DNA of 64,000 nucleotides from a virus (IMGVR_UViG_3300032295_003128:8116-72115), one strand, 5' to 3'; counted from the first letter of the stretch, positions 7,959-19,258 are shown. Notes: generated by a model from the sequence alone, not told the origin. Translations and numbers: made by a program.

Positions 7959-10900
7959 TGAATTTCTCTGATTCGATCGGTCAGCCCGCGCTTTTCGGCT
8001 TCTCTCACGGCATCGGGACTCGGGACGTAGGGCGGGATTTCTCCGCTCATCACCGCTTCGGTATTGTCTTCGCCGACGCCGACGGCCCGGAGCCGGTCGC
8101 GGAAAGCGGTTTGGCTCAGTCCCAGACTGCGAGCCGAGAGATACTTACGATGGTATTTCTTCGCGATACGTTCACGGGCTTCATTCGTCAGACGGAGGGC
8201 TTCAGCCACGGCGCCCGGAGCCTGCGTTCCGTTGGACAGGAAGACTCGGTTGAAGAGAGCCGACGCGTCGCGCATCTCACGCATGTAGGCCGACCCAGCG
8301 AATCCAGCACTCTGGGACAGATCGACCTCGTTGATCCGCTGTCCGGCAACTACCGCGAGAATTTCGTTGAATGGATCATACGCCCGGCCTGACTCGGTGA
8401 CTTGGCCGGTGAAAGCTTTATAGATGCGATCCGCGCTTCGAGCAGTTCCAGGGACGAACACATTCCCGACATGGATGCCGACGTTCTTGAGGATGTTTGT
8501 CGTCGAGTCCTGCGGATTGTAGATCCTCTGTCCCCGGCTGTCGGTGTTTCGAGCGACATCCATGAGAGACCCCGCCAAGAGCTGCTCACTGGCGAACGGC
8601 GATAGGGCCTCTTGAAATGCGCCTGCTGCCGCCTTGCCGAGTCCCGTGGTAATATCTTCGGCTCCGGTGACGGCTCTCCAGAACGCCCAGAGCGGCTTTT
8701 TGAGATAGTCATTCGGATCAGCAAAAGACACATCGGCAAAAGATATCTTTCCGTCTTTCCGCCCGAAGAGGAGAAGCTGGTTGTTCTTTTGCCAATCTGG
8801 GAGAAACTCGCGCAAGTCTTCTTCGTCGTCGGACGACAGGCCAGCCATCGCCATAAAAGACCCAGCTACCACGGACGGCACCGACAGCGCAGTGGTGAAG
8901 CCTGCAACGCGGCGCCAGCCGAGTTTCACCAACTCTGGGTTGCCGGACTTGATCTCGTCGAAAGCCAGCTTCAGCGTATTGACGTTCGTGCGGACGACCT
9001 CTGTCGTAAAGGTGATGAACGGCGCGATGACAAGGCCCGGCCCCTTCTTCAACTCCTGCACCCACTCTGGGGCGAGCGAATACGTCCAGTGGATGTCACG
9101 GGCGATTTGGGCGGCTTTCTTTTTCAGATCGTCTTCGGCCATTTTAGGGAACGCTTTTCGGTAATTCTCCAGCTCGGAGAAGTAGATGATCGCCTTGAAG
9201 ATGTTGTCGCCCATGGCGTAAGTGCCTTTCGCGAAGTCCCAGGTTGCGGTGATGGGGCGAGTGAGGTGCTCGAGGAAACCTTCTGGGCCTTTCGTGGACG
9301 CGGCCCGCCCCACCGACTGCATGTCGTTGAGTAGATTTTCGACAAGATTCACCGACACCGACTCACCGAAGATGCCGAGTTGAATCAATTCCTCGATGGC
9401 GTTTCGAGCTGCCGCCCGATCTTTGTAGTTCTTGAACACGTCTTGGATTGCCAAGCTGTGTCCTTTGCCGATCGCTTTGAGGTTGAAGTTTCCCGTCGAG
9501 AGAAGTTTCAGCCACCCCGACAAATAGTTGCGGACTTGCCCCGCTGCCGACCCGACTGTCGCCATCGCCATTGAGAGAGCCGTGCCCTTGGCTGCGATGT
9601 TGTAGACTGGGTTCGGCTTCTGGCGTGGGGGGAACATGCGGTAGAGACCTTCGACCATCTCCGAGTTGCCGTACATTCCGGCCAGCGGCGACAACCGCTC
9701 ATTGCCCTCGGTCGCGATTTTGACATAGCCGACCGGGCGGTCTTCCCCATTGTCGCGCAGCCAACCCTCGGACAATCCCAGTTCGCGGAATTCGGTGAGG
9801 AACTTGTGGTTGTGGACGAGGCTGGTCAGCTTCATCACTGTTTTTCCATACGACGTTTCGGGGTCGTCGTTGACGCCCCAGAGTCGCTGGATCTCCGGCG
9901 CGATGACACCCCTTTTGGTCAAGATCGAGAGATTCTTCTGACCCGGAATCCGACCGGACAGGACTTCGAGCGACGGCGAAGATTTATAGACCGCGAGAAA
10001 ACTCTCGAGCACGTTGTCCACATTCGCTGCTGACAATCCCTTAGCCGCCTGCCGATCAGCTTCGGCGCGTCCCAGGACTTGCCCTTTGGCGGCGGCTTCT
10101 TCGATCAGGCTATCCGCGTTGTCTTTGACGAGCTGACGCCTAATGAACCGACGGGCGTCGGCCATGACTTTGGTGTTCTTGCGAATCTGCTGCACCCACT
10201 TGTCCTTGAGATCGAAGATCGAGTAGCTGCGGTTGAGGTAAATGCCGAGGTTCTCGTCCACCGCCAGCTTCATGTCGCCGCCGACCATGTCGGACACTTT
10301 CTCTTGAAGCACCATGAGGTGCTCGTTCATCTCCCGGACAGTCTTCTTGATCGCTCTGGGTAGGGACTTCAGGGCGGCCTGTTGCTTGACCCGGAAGGCG
10401 GCCCGATTAAGGCGGAGGTATACCATCCGCTTCTCGCTGGCGGCCTTGGGATCGGTCAGCCGGATACGAGCGATGTCGTTGAGCTGGTCTTCGGTGAACG
10501 GGTTTTCCAAGTTACCTAGAGCCGTGGTGATCGTAGCCCGATTTACCCGGACACCGGCGTTGGCCGCCTCGCGGAGCTGGCGTCCCAGAATGCGAAGCAA
10601 GTCGTCCGCTCGGCTGGCATCGGCTTTTTGATTAAACTGCGAATCGAGGAGAAGCTGGTAGCCCCGGCGATCCATGTCACGGGTCACGGCGGTAAAAGAT
10701 TTCTCGCGAACGTAGTTGCCCGGGCCAGTCGGGATGACCTCGTCCCGGAACACACCGCCGAGGGAGAAGAACGTTTGCTCGGCTGCTGGATTGTTGTAAT
10801 CCCAATATACTCCCGCCGCCATCACACCTCCGGTTGCGGGTTTCACCGCGCCCTCGATGACGTCTCCATCTTCGTCACGTTTCGGAGACGCTGCCGCAAC

Positions 10901-13900
10901 GAACTCCTCGCGGGTCATCGTCGCCACCGCTGCGGCAACGTCTAGGCTAGGCGCATCAGTAGCGACCGCTTTAGTGCGCGGCGCGGCTGTTTTTGCGGCG
11001 GCCTTGGCCTTCGGTTCGGCCTTGGCCTTAGTCGTCGCTTTAGCTTCCGGTTTCGGTTCAGGCTTCGGTTCAGGCGTAGGCTCAGGAGTCGTGGCCTTTT
11101 CTTTCTTGGCTTTGGATTTGGATTTTGGCTTCGGAGGCTCTGGCTCTGGGTCGGGATCTGTGTCCGCGTTAGTGTCGGTCTCTTCAGGCTTCGCTGCCGC
11201 TTCGGCTGCTGCCGCTTGTTCGGCGGCCAACGCGGCTGCTGCCGCCGCTTGTTCGGCTTCCGCTTGCTCGGCTGCCGCTTGTTCGGCGGCCAATGCCTGT
11301 TCAGCGTCCACTTGCTCGGCAACTACCAACTCGGCTTCCAGCTTTTGAATGTCTCGCTGAAGCTCGTTCCTAGGGCCGTAATTCTCGATGCTCCGCATCC
11401 CAGGCTGCGAGCCGTAGTTGAATGCGCCGAGAACGTCGTTGAGCGCCTGGAGGTCCCGCCGCTTCGACGCGAGTTCGGAGCTTACCTCCGCGAGAGGACG
11501 GGCTTCGATTGCTGGGGCTGGGGCCGGAGCCGGAGCCGCTTGATCGGCGCGACGTTGCCCCCTCGTAAATTCAGGGAACTTAACCTGATTCGGCTCTGGG
11601 ACGGGGTTCGGAATAACCATGAGCCAACGCGCTTCGGCTGCGGCCTTCGCACGGACATCCCGTTCAGCCGGCCACTCAGCGGCAATACGATTGCGGTCTT
11701 CGGCTGTCCCGGCCAAATCACGGGCTTCGATCTGTTCCTCGATAAACTGTTGCTGGGCCACGAGAGCGGCCATCTCGTCAACCATCCGGCTGCGGATCAA
11801 CTCTGGGGCGGCGTCGCCGTCTACGCTGGCGAAGTTCAGGCGCCATGAATCACTGAAGCCTTCAGCAAGAGGCGAGTTCCGATCGACTTGAACCCCGGTG
11901 ATTAGAGTCACAACGGCGTTCCAGACGTCCTTGATCGCGTCCATGAAGTTCCGCGATGTGCCGTCGGCCTTTCCAAATCCCAGTTCCGCGAGGCGCTTTG
12001 CCACCTCGGGGTTGTGCGTAACATCGACGACGAATTCTTCGAGGCTTACGAGCGCCGCCAACGGCTGGTTCGATTCCGCTGCGGCTGCTTCCGCGAGCTG
12101 GTCGGTGATAATTTGCACATCCGCGCCGGACAGATTCTTCGGAACATCGAGGCCCCGGGACCGGGCTTCGGCGAGGATCGCTTTGCTACGGAGGGTTTCG
12201 AGGCGGGCGATTGCGCTTCGTTCGGCAGGGTTCAGTTCGACTTCGCCACTGAGCTTCGCGCTGACTGCGACGTGCGACAGTTCGTGAAGCAAGGTGTCAA
12301 TGATCCCCTCTGCACGATTGGTGTGGTTTCCAGTAGAGTTTAGGTACACCGAGTATGCGCCGTTTGCGTCCACCGAAGCGCGCCCAGACCAGATTACAGA
12401 ATTTGACTTAGCGATGTCCCGCGTGACTTCGTCGAGGAGCGTTTGCCGCTGTTCGGGATCGGTTTCGTCGATGGGAATTTGCCGCTTTTTGCCGTCCAGC
12501 GTGACGACGTAGTTTCCGTCTTTGACAGCCAATCGCTTCTCGACTTCTTCCAACGTAATAGGCCGAGCGGCGTAGTTGCGGCCGAATCCTGCTATCTGCA
12601 AGCTGACGTTGTCGTTCCAGTTCAGTCGGCTGTTCAGCTTCAGGAAAGCCTGCGCCGCCGCACGCGACTTCGCGTTGACTTTCGGGTCGGCGGCGACGGT
12701 CTTGAGAAACGTGTCGATGTCCTTGAACGCGTTGGCCTTGATCAAGTCCCTCATGTTCTTCCGAGCGAGCTGCACTTGGCGCGGGGTATTGCTTCTGGCC
12801 TTCTGGGTGCGGCCCATGCCGAGAAGCAGATCCGTGCTGCTCTGGGTGATGAGCATGTCCGCGATCGGCTGCATCGTCTGGCCTATCACGTTGCCGCCGG
12901 CCGCCAGCGTATTTTCTGAGGACTTGCCGTCCGTTTCGATGGCCGACGCGATGCGGTCAATCTCGTCGTCCGTATAACCCTTGAGGTCATCGGCCTTGAG
13001 GCCGGAGTATCCCGCGACGTAAGTCCGGGCTGCGTTCCGCGCTATCCGTCGGACGGTGCGGTTGAGAAGACGAGTTCGTGCGCGAGGTCGCTGAGTCGCG
13101 TCAGCGGGTCTTCCTGAAACGCCCCCGGGTCCGTCAGCATCAGGTCCGGCAGGGCTCCGTAGTCCCCCTTCAGCATCCGGTTCAACATTTTGTCCCCCAA
13201 GCGACTGGCTAACTCGGGGTGATTCTCCAGAAGTACCACCGCCATCAGCCGACAAGCCACGTCCGGATACTCCGCTAGGAGTTCTGCGCGCGAGCGAGCG
13301 CGCGGCTCCGCCTTGCTTGGCCCAGTCGAGGAGTTCTCGTCGTTCAAGGAGTTTTTCTGCGGCTGGGGACGGCTGGTAACTGGCGGCGTCAATGTAGTTT
13401 TCTCGTTCTGCATAAAGTTTATTATAGCTGATTTCACTCCGAAGATAACTAAGTATTTCCTCTAGGCGCGGGTTGGTAGAGACAACGTCTTCGACCGATC
13501 CACCTTCTTTGACCGCTTTTTCAGCCGCGTCGATCTTACGCGGTATGCGGCGTCCCTCGCCGTCCTCGTCTTGATACCAGATGCGTCCTTGCTCTGGACC
13601 GTAATCAAACGCGTCGAGTAGAATTTCTCGGTCTTCAGGGCTAAGCGCCTTGACTAGCTCCAGCTCCTCGCCCTCCAGGCGGAAGTTGACGCGTCCCAGA
13701 TCGGGGCCGTCATCCTCGCTTTCCAGATCTGGCGCGTCGTCGCTTTCCAGATCTCGCATCTCGTCTTCTGGATTTTGGTAAGCCCGACCGCGTGTCGGCG
13801 CCTCATTGCTTTTGGTTTGCAGCCGTGCGTCGGCTTCTCCAGCTCCAGTCCCAGCTTTAGCCTGCAACGACTCGGTGCGGATTTTGTTAGCCCGTGCTGT

Positions 13901-16900
13901 CACTACCTGTTTCCGCGCCGCGTCCGCCGCCTTTTTAGCCGTTTCAAACGGGTCGTATTGGGCGTACGCGTCTCGTGCGATGGTTGCCAGCCGGTTGACG
14001 AACCGGTCTTCCGCCCGCTGTTGCTCTTTGGTCTGACCTTCGGGTCTGGGACGATCCGCCAGGGCTTTGACTACTGCGGTAAAATCTTTTGTCCCCAGCG
14101 CGCTGCTCTTGGCGGCTTTGCCGCGTTCTTTACGTTGGTTTTTGTATCCGGACTCTTTCTCAATACGATCCAGAGTGGCGTTAAGTTTTTTAGCTGCTTG
14201 CTCTGCTTTCGCCGGGTCTTTGCCCGACAAGAAACGAAGTTCCGCGCCGATACGTTCTCTCGCTGTGTCGATGTCCGCCAGATCGTCTTCCGTGATCCGA
14301 AGGCCCGCGCTGTTTGCGTCGAGGCGCACCGCTTCGATAGCTTCGCGAGAAAGCCTTTGCGGGGCGGATTTCTGCATCCGGGTTTTCTGGGCTTCGGCCA
14401 GGGCGGCGACGAATTGCCGCGCCAGCCGGATTTGGTCTGCTTCGGGAAGGCTGCTCGGCCTCCGGGGGTTGTCGCGCACCGCATTGAGGAAGGCTTCGGT
14501 CGCCGAGTTGACTGCTTTTTGGCGAGCTGTCGCGGCCACCTCTTCAGCTTCGGTTCCCGTCAACCCTTGCTCGGCCCCGACTGTTTCGTAGACGGTGTCT
14601 TCGTTGGTGAACGTATCGGCCCGGAAAAGTCCCGGCAGGACGGCGTCTAGTCCACCGATCGTGATTTGCTCCCGGAGCAGTTGCAAAGGCCGGGGAAGCG
14701 CTTTGACCGCCGCTTGCATTTCTCTCGTTGATTCGGCTTCGGCACGTCGGCTTTTGAGTCGCGTTTCGTCGGAGTCTATCGAGCGCCCCAGATCCGATTG
14801 GTAGACCTTATTGAACGCGCCGAGTCCTTTTAACTCAGTGTTAAACCTCTTCGGACGATACGCTTTAGACTTGCGCTGCGCTTCCAACCGCTTCTCCTCG
14901 AAGTCGAAAGGAAGGACATCGAGCTGGCTCTGTAGTTCGGCAACCGAGCGTTCAGATTTCCTGACCTTGTCTTGGGTCTCTGGATTGTCGATTAGGTTTA
15001 AGCGCGTCGAGTTCAACGACCGGAGACGCTGCTCTAGAGAACGGATCTCATCCGTGAAAAGCTGCAACCGAGACTTGGCGTCGCCGCGACGACCCCGGAA
15101 CGAAGGCAACGATTTGGAAATTTGGCTGAGTTCTTCGCGGTATTGATCTCTCGTCGATTTCAGCTTTGCGAGCCGTTCTTCTTCGCGCTGAAGTTTAATC
15201 TGATCGTCGTAGCGCGCAGCGTCACTTTCGAGACCTCCCTGTTTTCCAGGCGTTCTAACCAACCGCCTCAAGCGATTGACGCTTGCTTCCCGCTCCTGGA
15301 GCGAGGGGGCCTGCTGGTTCAGAAGCTCGCGAAGTTTATCGCGCCGCGCCAGAAGCTTTGGCTCCCGTTTCACCGCATCGGCTTTGGTTTTCAGGCCGTC
15401 CAGCTCGGCGGACGTTTCTTCAATTTCTTTGTCGAGCTGCTCACGCTTGGCTTTAGCGTTGGCGTTTTGATCGACTAACGCATTGAAATCCGTCCGCGCC
15501 CCTTCTCGGGCAAGCATGGCTTCCCGCAAGGCCGCTTCGAGTTCTTGCTTACGCGCTGCTTCTTGGCGGTCTAGCTCGCCCATCCGATCGCGGTCGGCTT
15601 CTTGGATTCTCCACTGAGATTCCCGCCACGCTTCGTCTTTGCGCTGGTCAATCGGCGAGATCGAAAAGGCAAGCGGGTCTTGGGCCAGAACCGGCATTCC
15701 GTCCGGAGCAAACTGCCCTTCACTAGCCCGGGAGCCTTTGGTTTTGGCTGGCTTAGAGCCTTGGCTGATTTGATAAGGTGCGGACTTGCCGTCCGTCCCA
15801 TACCAATCGACGGCTGTGAACACTGGCTGCCAGACGCCACGGAAAAGTCGGTTTTCGATCCGCGCAGTCGGGTCGTTCTTGAACATCTCGACCAGCTCCG
15901 GCGTCGCACGAACCACGTCGCCGCGATTCATGCCACGGGCGACTTCCGTTTTGACTCGGTTTTTCGCCCTTTCGTAGTTCGCCTTATCGAGGTTGAATTG
16001 GCTGTTGGCGGCTTTGAATTCAGCGTCAGCTTGCGCCGCTTGGGTCTCATACTCCTCCCGGGCTTGCCGTTCGAGTGCGACGACCTCGTCATCTACCCGT
16101 TGACGCGCCAACGAAGGGGCGTCCGCCAGCACCGCGTCGATTTGCTTGGGAGTGCGCGGGGCCGATTGCATCACTCCGCGCTCGTCGGTGAAGAACGTTG
16201 GAACGTAAGCCTTGGCTCGTTCTTCTTCCAAGTAGCGGGCATACACCGCCTCTCGCTGCTCCGGAGACATCGGAGTCGGGCGAGGAATCTGTTTACGCAC
16301 CGGACGGACGGGAGCGGCTTCCGGCGCGTCGATCATCAAAGTCAACCGCGCTTTGACGGGGCGCCCCCGATTCCAGAGAGGTCCGCCGCTTGCCGCTGCG
16401 CCTTGAGCCAAGCCCTCGGCCACCTGCCGCTGGATGCGCTGATCACCAGCCTCACTGACTTGTTTCGGGCGATCTCCCAGAGCTGCCAACCGCTGCTCCA
16501 ACTCCTGCGCCTTTGCCGAGAGCGCGGACCGCTCTTCTACGCTGAGGCGTCCGGCTAAGTTTTGTTTTACGACTTCTACGACTTTTCCGGTTTGGTCTTT
16601 TACTGGACGGACTCGCGCATCGTTCGCAGCGACATCAGATTTAGAGGTCAAAGCCCCTCGGTCAGACAGCAAAAGGCGTTGGCGAACCTCGTTCAGTTCT
16701 TTGCCGATGGCTTCTCGCTCGGCCTGAGTTTCCGGCGTTTCTTGTACAGATTGCTGTCCAAGTCCGTCTTGGGTCTCGACGACGCCCGACGGCGCTGAGG
16801 GAGCGTCGCTCCCGAAGATATACTCGACTTTGTAGGTCAGCCCCCGATCAGCACCGGTTCCATCGGTCACTGTCATCGTTGGCGGCAGCGCGATCGGCGC

Positions 16901-19258
16901 ATTCGGGTCGTCTTCTGGGACAACCGAAGCACCGAAGACTTCGCTGAGTTCAGCCGGCGTATTCGCGGCGTTGAGCTTCTGGTTAAATTCTTCGGTCAAC
17001 GTAGCCGGCGCTTCGTCTACGATGCGGTTGCCGACCCGGGAGAACTGACTGGGCTTCAGCTCGAAACGCTCTTTGGTGTCGGCGTCTTGGAATACGGCGT
17101 TTCCGTTTTTACGGCGGCCAATCAACTGGGCGTTACGGAGCGTTCCGGCCTCTAAGATCGAAACCTCGGTTCCAGCCGCTGCCATCTCACCGGTCTGATC
17201 GGTGAGAACACTGCCCTGCCAATTCTTCGCGGCTTCGGCCCGTTGAGCTTCTTGTTGCTCCCGCGCCTGCCGCAGGTTGCTGACAAACGTGGCTTTTGAA
17301 ACCGGCCCAATTACGTTGCGGAGCCAAGAACGATTGTCCCGAGGGACACTGGCACTAAACGGCGCAAGTCGTTTCCGAAGCGCCTCGACCGCCACCTTTT
17401 TCTGCGCGGCTTCTTCGTCGGCCAGAGTTTGGGTTGTAAGCTCTTCTTCGAGACGTGCGATCTCCGCCTCGGTGTCCCGCGCATCGGCTTCGGTGAAATT
17501 GAAAGGAACGCCGTCTGAACCAAGAATCACGAAGCCCTGATCCCCGCCCATGTAAGCGCCGTCGGCGTCGGTATCTTCTGAGCGTTCGGAGATCGCAGCC
17601 GCGCTTCCGGTTTGCGGAGCGAGCGGCTCGGTTCCTTCGACGGCCACGCCTCCGAGGTCGCCTTCTTCCCGCTGGCTCTTGAAGTATTCGATTTTCTCAG
17701 CGAGTGCGGCTCCTTCTCTGGTCGTAGCATCAAGCGGGGCGACGCGGGCTCCACCAAGACCCACGGCCATCCCTACTCCGCCCTGAAACTCGGCCTCTGG
17801 ATCGATGGCGGCCCAGCCATTCGAGGCTGGGAACGCGGCTTCGAGTCCGGCGTTGTATCGAAATTGGCGGCCGTCTAGCTCAATGGGATCTGACCAGTCT
17901 CCCAGAATCTCTTGCGGCGGCTGCGGCGCAGTGGGCGCCTCTTCAGTTTCGTCGGGATCGACTGCTAGATCGTCAAGCGCGGCTTTGGTGCGGGGAGCAA
18001 TGTTCTCCAAAACCCCACCGCCACCGCCAAGCATACCGCCGATTGTGGCGCCAGCCGCTGCCGCGATCATACGCTCCCTCCCCGCCCCAGGAGCGTTCAG
18101 CCGCTCTTCGATAGTCTGGTTCGGGTCGGCCATGCCGACGGCCGCCTGTTCGAGGCCGGTCTGGAGATACTCGGTCGTGCCCTCCAAGGCCGAACCGATG
18201 GCTGCTCCTTTGGTCGCTCCAGCGGCAACGCGCCCAGGGAACTTCAAATTCAGCGGCTTGCTTTCGACGCCAAACATCTTGTTGACGCCCGGAATCTTTG
18301 AAGCCACGAATCCCTCAAACAAAGTATCCAGCGCGGCGCCGGGGACCGATGTGGCGAGAGCCGCTGTGACTGCTTCGCTGCCACCCTCACCGGTCTCATC
18401 CCGAATCTGGCCGTAGGTCCCGCCGGAAATCTGTCCCAGATTGGCGAGGTACGCGCCCGTCATGGCGCCGTAGCGGGTTCCGCTGGAAACGGCCCCCTGA
18501 ACTCCCCGCGCAGCATCATCGACAGTCCCCGCAAGTCCACGGGCGGTTCCTTCGGCGGCCTTGGCCCCCACCGAACGGGTCAGGAGGCCCTGGGTAATCT
18601 CTTCGGCGACCTTGCGCTCGGCTTCGTCGGCCACTTCTCCGGCGGCCCGACGCTTGGCGATCTGGTTGATGACCATCCGCTTGGCGAGCGATTTACCGAC
18701 CGCGCCGCCGACGCCGCCTCCCAGAATCGAGGTCAAGAGCTGGGGGATCTGTTCGCCGAGGAGGCCGACGGCATAGCGGCCGGCATCACCCAAGTCTTCG
18801 ATATCTTCAAAAGGATCCTGCACCGAAGCGGCCTGCGTGGCCGCCTCTTCCATGGCCCGACGATAATTGTCGTAGCCCCAATCGGCGCCCCGCTCGATAC
18901 CCAGTCCGTCGGCGGCCAACCCCAAAAAGCCGTAAGCCAGCCCTTCGAGCTGGTCCCCGCCCCGGCTCAATCCGACAGAGAACTCTTCTCCCAGAGTGCG
19001 TTCGGGGGTAAGGCGGACGCCCCCTTTCATAATATCCCGAATAAACCCCGAGCTTGCCTCCTCGGCCGTTGCCGACTGAGCGCGCCGCTGGGCCGATCGT
19101 TCGCGGAATCCAGCCGCTACCGATTCGGCCGACTCCGGCTCAGGAATTTCGACCGGCTCCGGCGTTCCGAGGCTTCCAAAGTTAGCCGCCGCCGCTCTGG
19201 GACGAGCTAAGGTCAGCGTAGAATCGTTTTCTTCCTCGAGGTCGTCGTACCAAGCCAT
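7955..19258 (-). CDS. giant (3767 aa) internal virion/ejection protein, polyvalent-protein-like, with zincin motif
   Basis: 11.3-kb uninterrupted ORF at the end of the ejection-protein cluster. Gly/Ala hydrophobic N-terminal segments, coiled coils, HELSH (12272-12286) with later EEF, Ala/Pro linker, LPD38-like C-terminus. Confidence 0.8.
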   Translation of the reverse strand: MAWYDDLEEENDSTLTLARPRAAAANFGSLGTPEPVEIPEPESAESVAAGFRERSAQRRAQSATAEEASSGFIRDIMKGGVRLTPERTLGEEFSVGLSRGGDQLEGLAYGFLGLAADGLGIERGADWGYDNYRRAMEEAATQAASVQDPFEDIEDLGDAGRYAVGLLGEQIPQLLTSILGGGVGGAVGKSLAKRMVINQIAKRRAAGEVADEAERKVAEEITQGLLTRSVGAKAAEGTARGLAGTVDDAARGVQGAVSSGTRYGAMTGAYLANLGQISGGTYGQIRDETGEGGSEAVTAALATSVPGAALDTLFEGFVASKIPGVNKMFGVESKPLNLKFPGRVAAGATKGAAIGSALEGTTEYLQTGLEQAAVGMADPNQTIEERLNAPGAGRERMIAAAAGATIGGMLGGGGGVLENIAPRTKAALDDLAVDPDETEEAPTAPQPPQEILGDWSDPIELDGRQFRYNAGLEAAFPASNGWAAIDPEAEFQGGVGMAVGLGGARVAPLDATTREGAALAEKIEYFKSQREEGDLGGVAVEGTEPLAPQTGSAAAISERSEDTDADGAYMGGDQGFVILGSDGVPFNFTEADARDTEAEIARLEEELTTQTLADEEAAQKKVAVEALRKRLAPFSASVPRDNRSWLRNVIGPVSKATFVSNLRQAREQQEAQRAEAAKNWQGSVLTDQTGEMAAAGTEVSILEAGTLRNAQLIGRRKNGNAVFQDADTKERFELKPSQFSRVGNRIVDEAPATLTEEFNQKLNAANTPAELSEVFGASVVPEDDPNAPIALPPTMTVTDGTGADRGLTYKVEYIFGSDAPSAPSGVVETQDGLGQQSVQETPETQAEREAIGKELNEVRQRLLLSDRGALTSKSDVAANDARVRPVKDQTGKVVEVVKQNLAGRLSVEERSALSAKAQELEQRLAALGDRPKQVSEAGDQRIQRQVAEGLAQGAAASGGPLWNRGRPVKARLTLMIDAPEAAPVRPVRKQIPRPTPMSPEQREAVYARYLEEERAKAYVPTFFTDERGVMQSAPRTPKQIDAVLADAPSLARQRVDDEVVALERQAREEYETQAAQADAEFKAANSQFNLDKANYERAKNRVKTEVARGMNRGDVVRATPELVEMFKNDPTARIENRLFRGVWQPVFTAVDWYGTDGKSAPYQISQGSKPAKTKGSRASEGQFAPDGMPVLAQDPLAFSISPIDQRKDEAWRESQWRIQEADRDRMGELDRQEAARKQELEAALREAMLAREGARTDFNALVDQNANAKAKREQLDKEIEETSAELDGLKTKADAVKREPKLLARRDKLRELLNQQAPSLQEREASVNRLRRLVRTPGKQGGLESDAARYDDQIKLQREEERLAKLKSTRDQYREELSQISKSLPSFRGRRGDAKSRLQLFTDEIRSLEQRLRSLNSTRLNLIDNPETQDKVRKSERSVAELQSQLDVLPFDFEEKRLEAQRKSKAYRPKRFNTELKGLGAFNKVYQSDLGRSIDSDETRLKSRRAEAESTREMQAAVKALPRPLQLLREQITIGGLDAVLPGLFRADTFTNEDTVYETVGAEQGLTGTEAEEVAATARQKAVNSATEAFLNAVRDNPRRPSSLPEADQIRLARQFVAALAEAQKTRMQKSAPQRLSREAIEAVRLDANSAGLRITEDDLADIDTARERIGAELRFLSGKDPAKAEQAAKKLNATLDRIEKESGYKNQRKERGKAAKSSALGTKDFTAVVKALADRPRPEGQTKEQQRAEDRFVNRLATIARDAYAQYDPFETAKKAADAARKQVVTARANKIRTESLQAKAGTGAGEADARLQTKSNEAPTRGRAYQNPEDEMRDLESDDAPDLESEDDGPDLGRVNFRLEGEELELVKALSPEDREILLDAFDYGPEQGRIWYQDEDGEGRRIPRKIDAAEKAVKEGGSVEDVVSTNPRLEEILSYLRSEISYNKLYAERENYIDAASYQPSPAAEKLLERRELLDWAKQGGAARSLARRTPSGVSGRGLSADGGGTSGESPRVSQSLGGQNVEPDAEGGLRSPAGPDADGPGGVSGRPADATQRPRARTRLLNRTVRRIARNAARTYVAGYSGLKADDLKGYTDDEIDRIASAIETDGKSSENTLAAGGNVIGQTMQPIADMLITQSSTDLLLGMGRTQKARSNTPRQVQLARKNMRDLIKANAFKDIDTFLKTVAADPKVNAKSRAAAQAFLKLNSRLNWNDNVSLQIAGFGRNYAARPITLEEVEKRLAVKDGNYVVTLDGKKRQIPIDETDPEQRQTLLDEVTRDIAKSNSVIWSGRASVDANGAYSVYLNSTGNHTNRAEGIIDTLLHELSHVAVSAKLSGEVELNPAERSAIARLETLRSKAILAEARSRGLDVPKNLSGADVQIITDQLAEAAAAESNQPLAALVSLEEFVVDVTHNPEVAKRLAELGFGKADGTSRNFMDAIKDVWNAVVTLITGVQVDRNSPLAEGFSDSWRLNFASVDGDAAPELIRSRMVDEMAALVAQQQFIEEQIEARDLAGTAEDRNRIAAEWPAERDVRAKAAAEARWLMVIPNPVPEPNQVKFPEFTRGQRRADQAAPAPAPAPAIEARPLAEVSSELASKRRDLQALNDVLGAFNYGSQPGMRSIENYGPRNELQRDIQKLEAELVVAEQVDAEQALAAEQAAAEQAEAEQAAAAAALAAEQAAAAEAAAKPEETDTNADTDPDPEPEPPKPKSKSKAKKEKATTPEPTPEPKPEPKPEAKATTKAKAEPKAKAAAKTAAPRTKAVATDAPSLDVAAAVATMTREEFVAAASPKRDEDGDVIEGAVKPATGGVMAAGVYWDYNNPAAEQTFFSLGGVFRDEVIPTGPGNYVREKSFTAVTRDMDRRGYQLLLDSQFNQKADASRADDLLRILGRQLREAANAGVRVNRATITTALGNLENPFTEDQLNDIARIRLTDPKAASEKRMVYLRLNRAAFRVKQQAALKSLPRAIKKTVREMNEHLMVLQEKVSDMVGGDMKLAVDENLGIYLNRSYSIFDLKDKWVQQIRKNTKVMADARRFIRRQLVKDNADSLIEEAAAKGQVLGRAEADRQAAKGLSAANVDNVLESFLAVYKSSPSLEVLSGRIPGQKNLSILTKRGVIAPEIQRLWGVNDDPETSYGKTVMKLTSLVHNHKFLTEFRELGLSEGWLRDNGEDRPVGYVKIATEGNERLSPLAGMYGNSEMVEGLYRMFPPRQKPNPVYNIAAKGTALSMAMATVGSAAGQVRNYLSGWLKLLSTGNFNLKAIGKGHSLAIQDVFKNYKDRAAARNAIEELIQLGIFGESVSVNLVENLLNDMQSVGRAASTKGPEGFLEHLTRPITATWDFAKGTYAMGDNIFKAIIYFSELENYRKAFPKMAEDDLKKKAAQIARDIHWTYSLAPEWVQELKKGPGLVIAPFITFTTEVVRTNVNTLKLAFDEIKSGNPELVKLGWRRVAGFTTALSVPSVVAGSFMAMAGLSSDDEEDLREFLPDWQKNNQLLLFGRKDGKISFADVSFADPNDYLKKPLWAFWRAVTGAEDITTGLGKAAAGAFQEALSPFASEQLLAGSLMDVARNTDSRGQRIYNPQDSTTNILKNVGIHVGNVFVPGTARSADRIYKAFTGQVTESGRAYDPFNEILAVVAGQRINEVDLSQSAGFAGSAYMREMRDASALFNRVFLSNGTQAPGAVAEALRLTNEARERIAKKYHRKYLSARSLGLSQTAFRDRLRAVGVGEDNTEAVMSGEIPPYVPSPDAVREAEKRGLTDRIREIQ

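Noticed and set aside
10862-10876. DEDGD in the giant protein as a two-barrel RNA polymerase DxDGD motif (virion RNAP)
   Set aside because: It lies just after a low-complexity linker with no NAD/RxP context or other RNAP motifs; probably chance in an acidic protein
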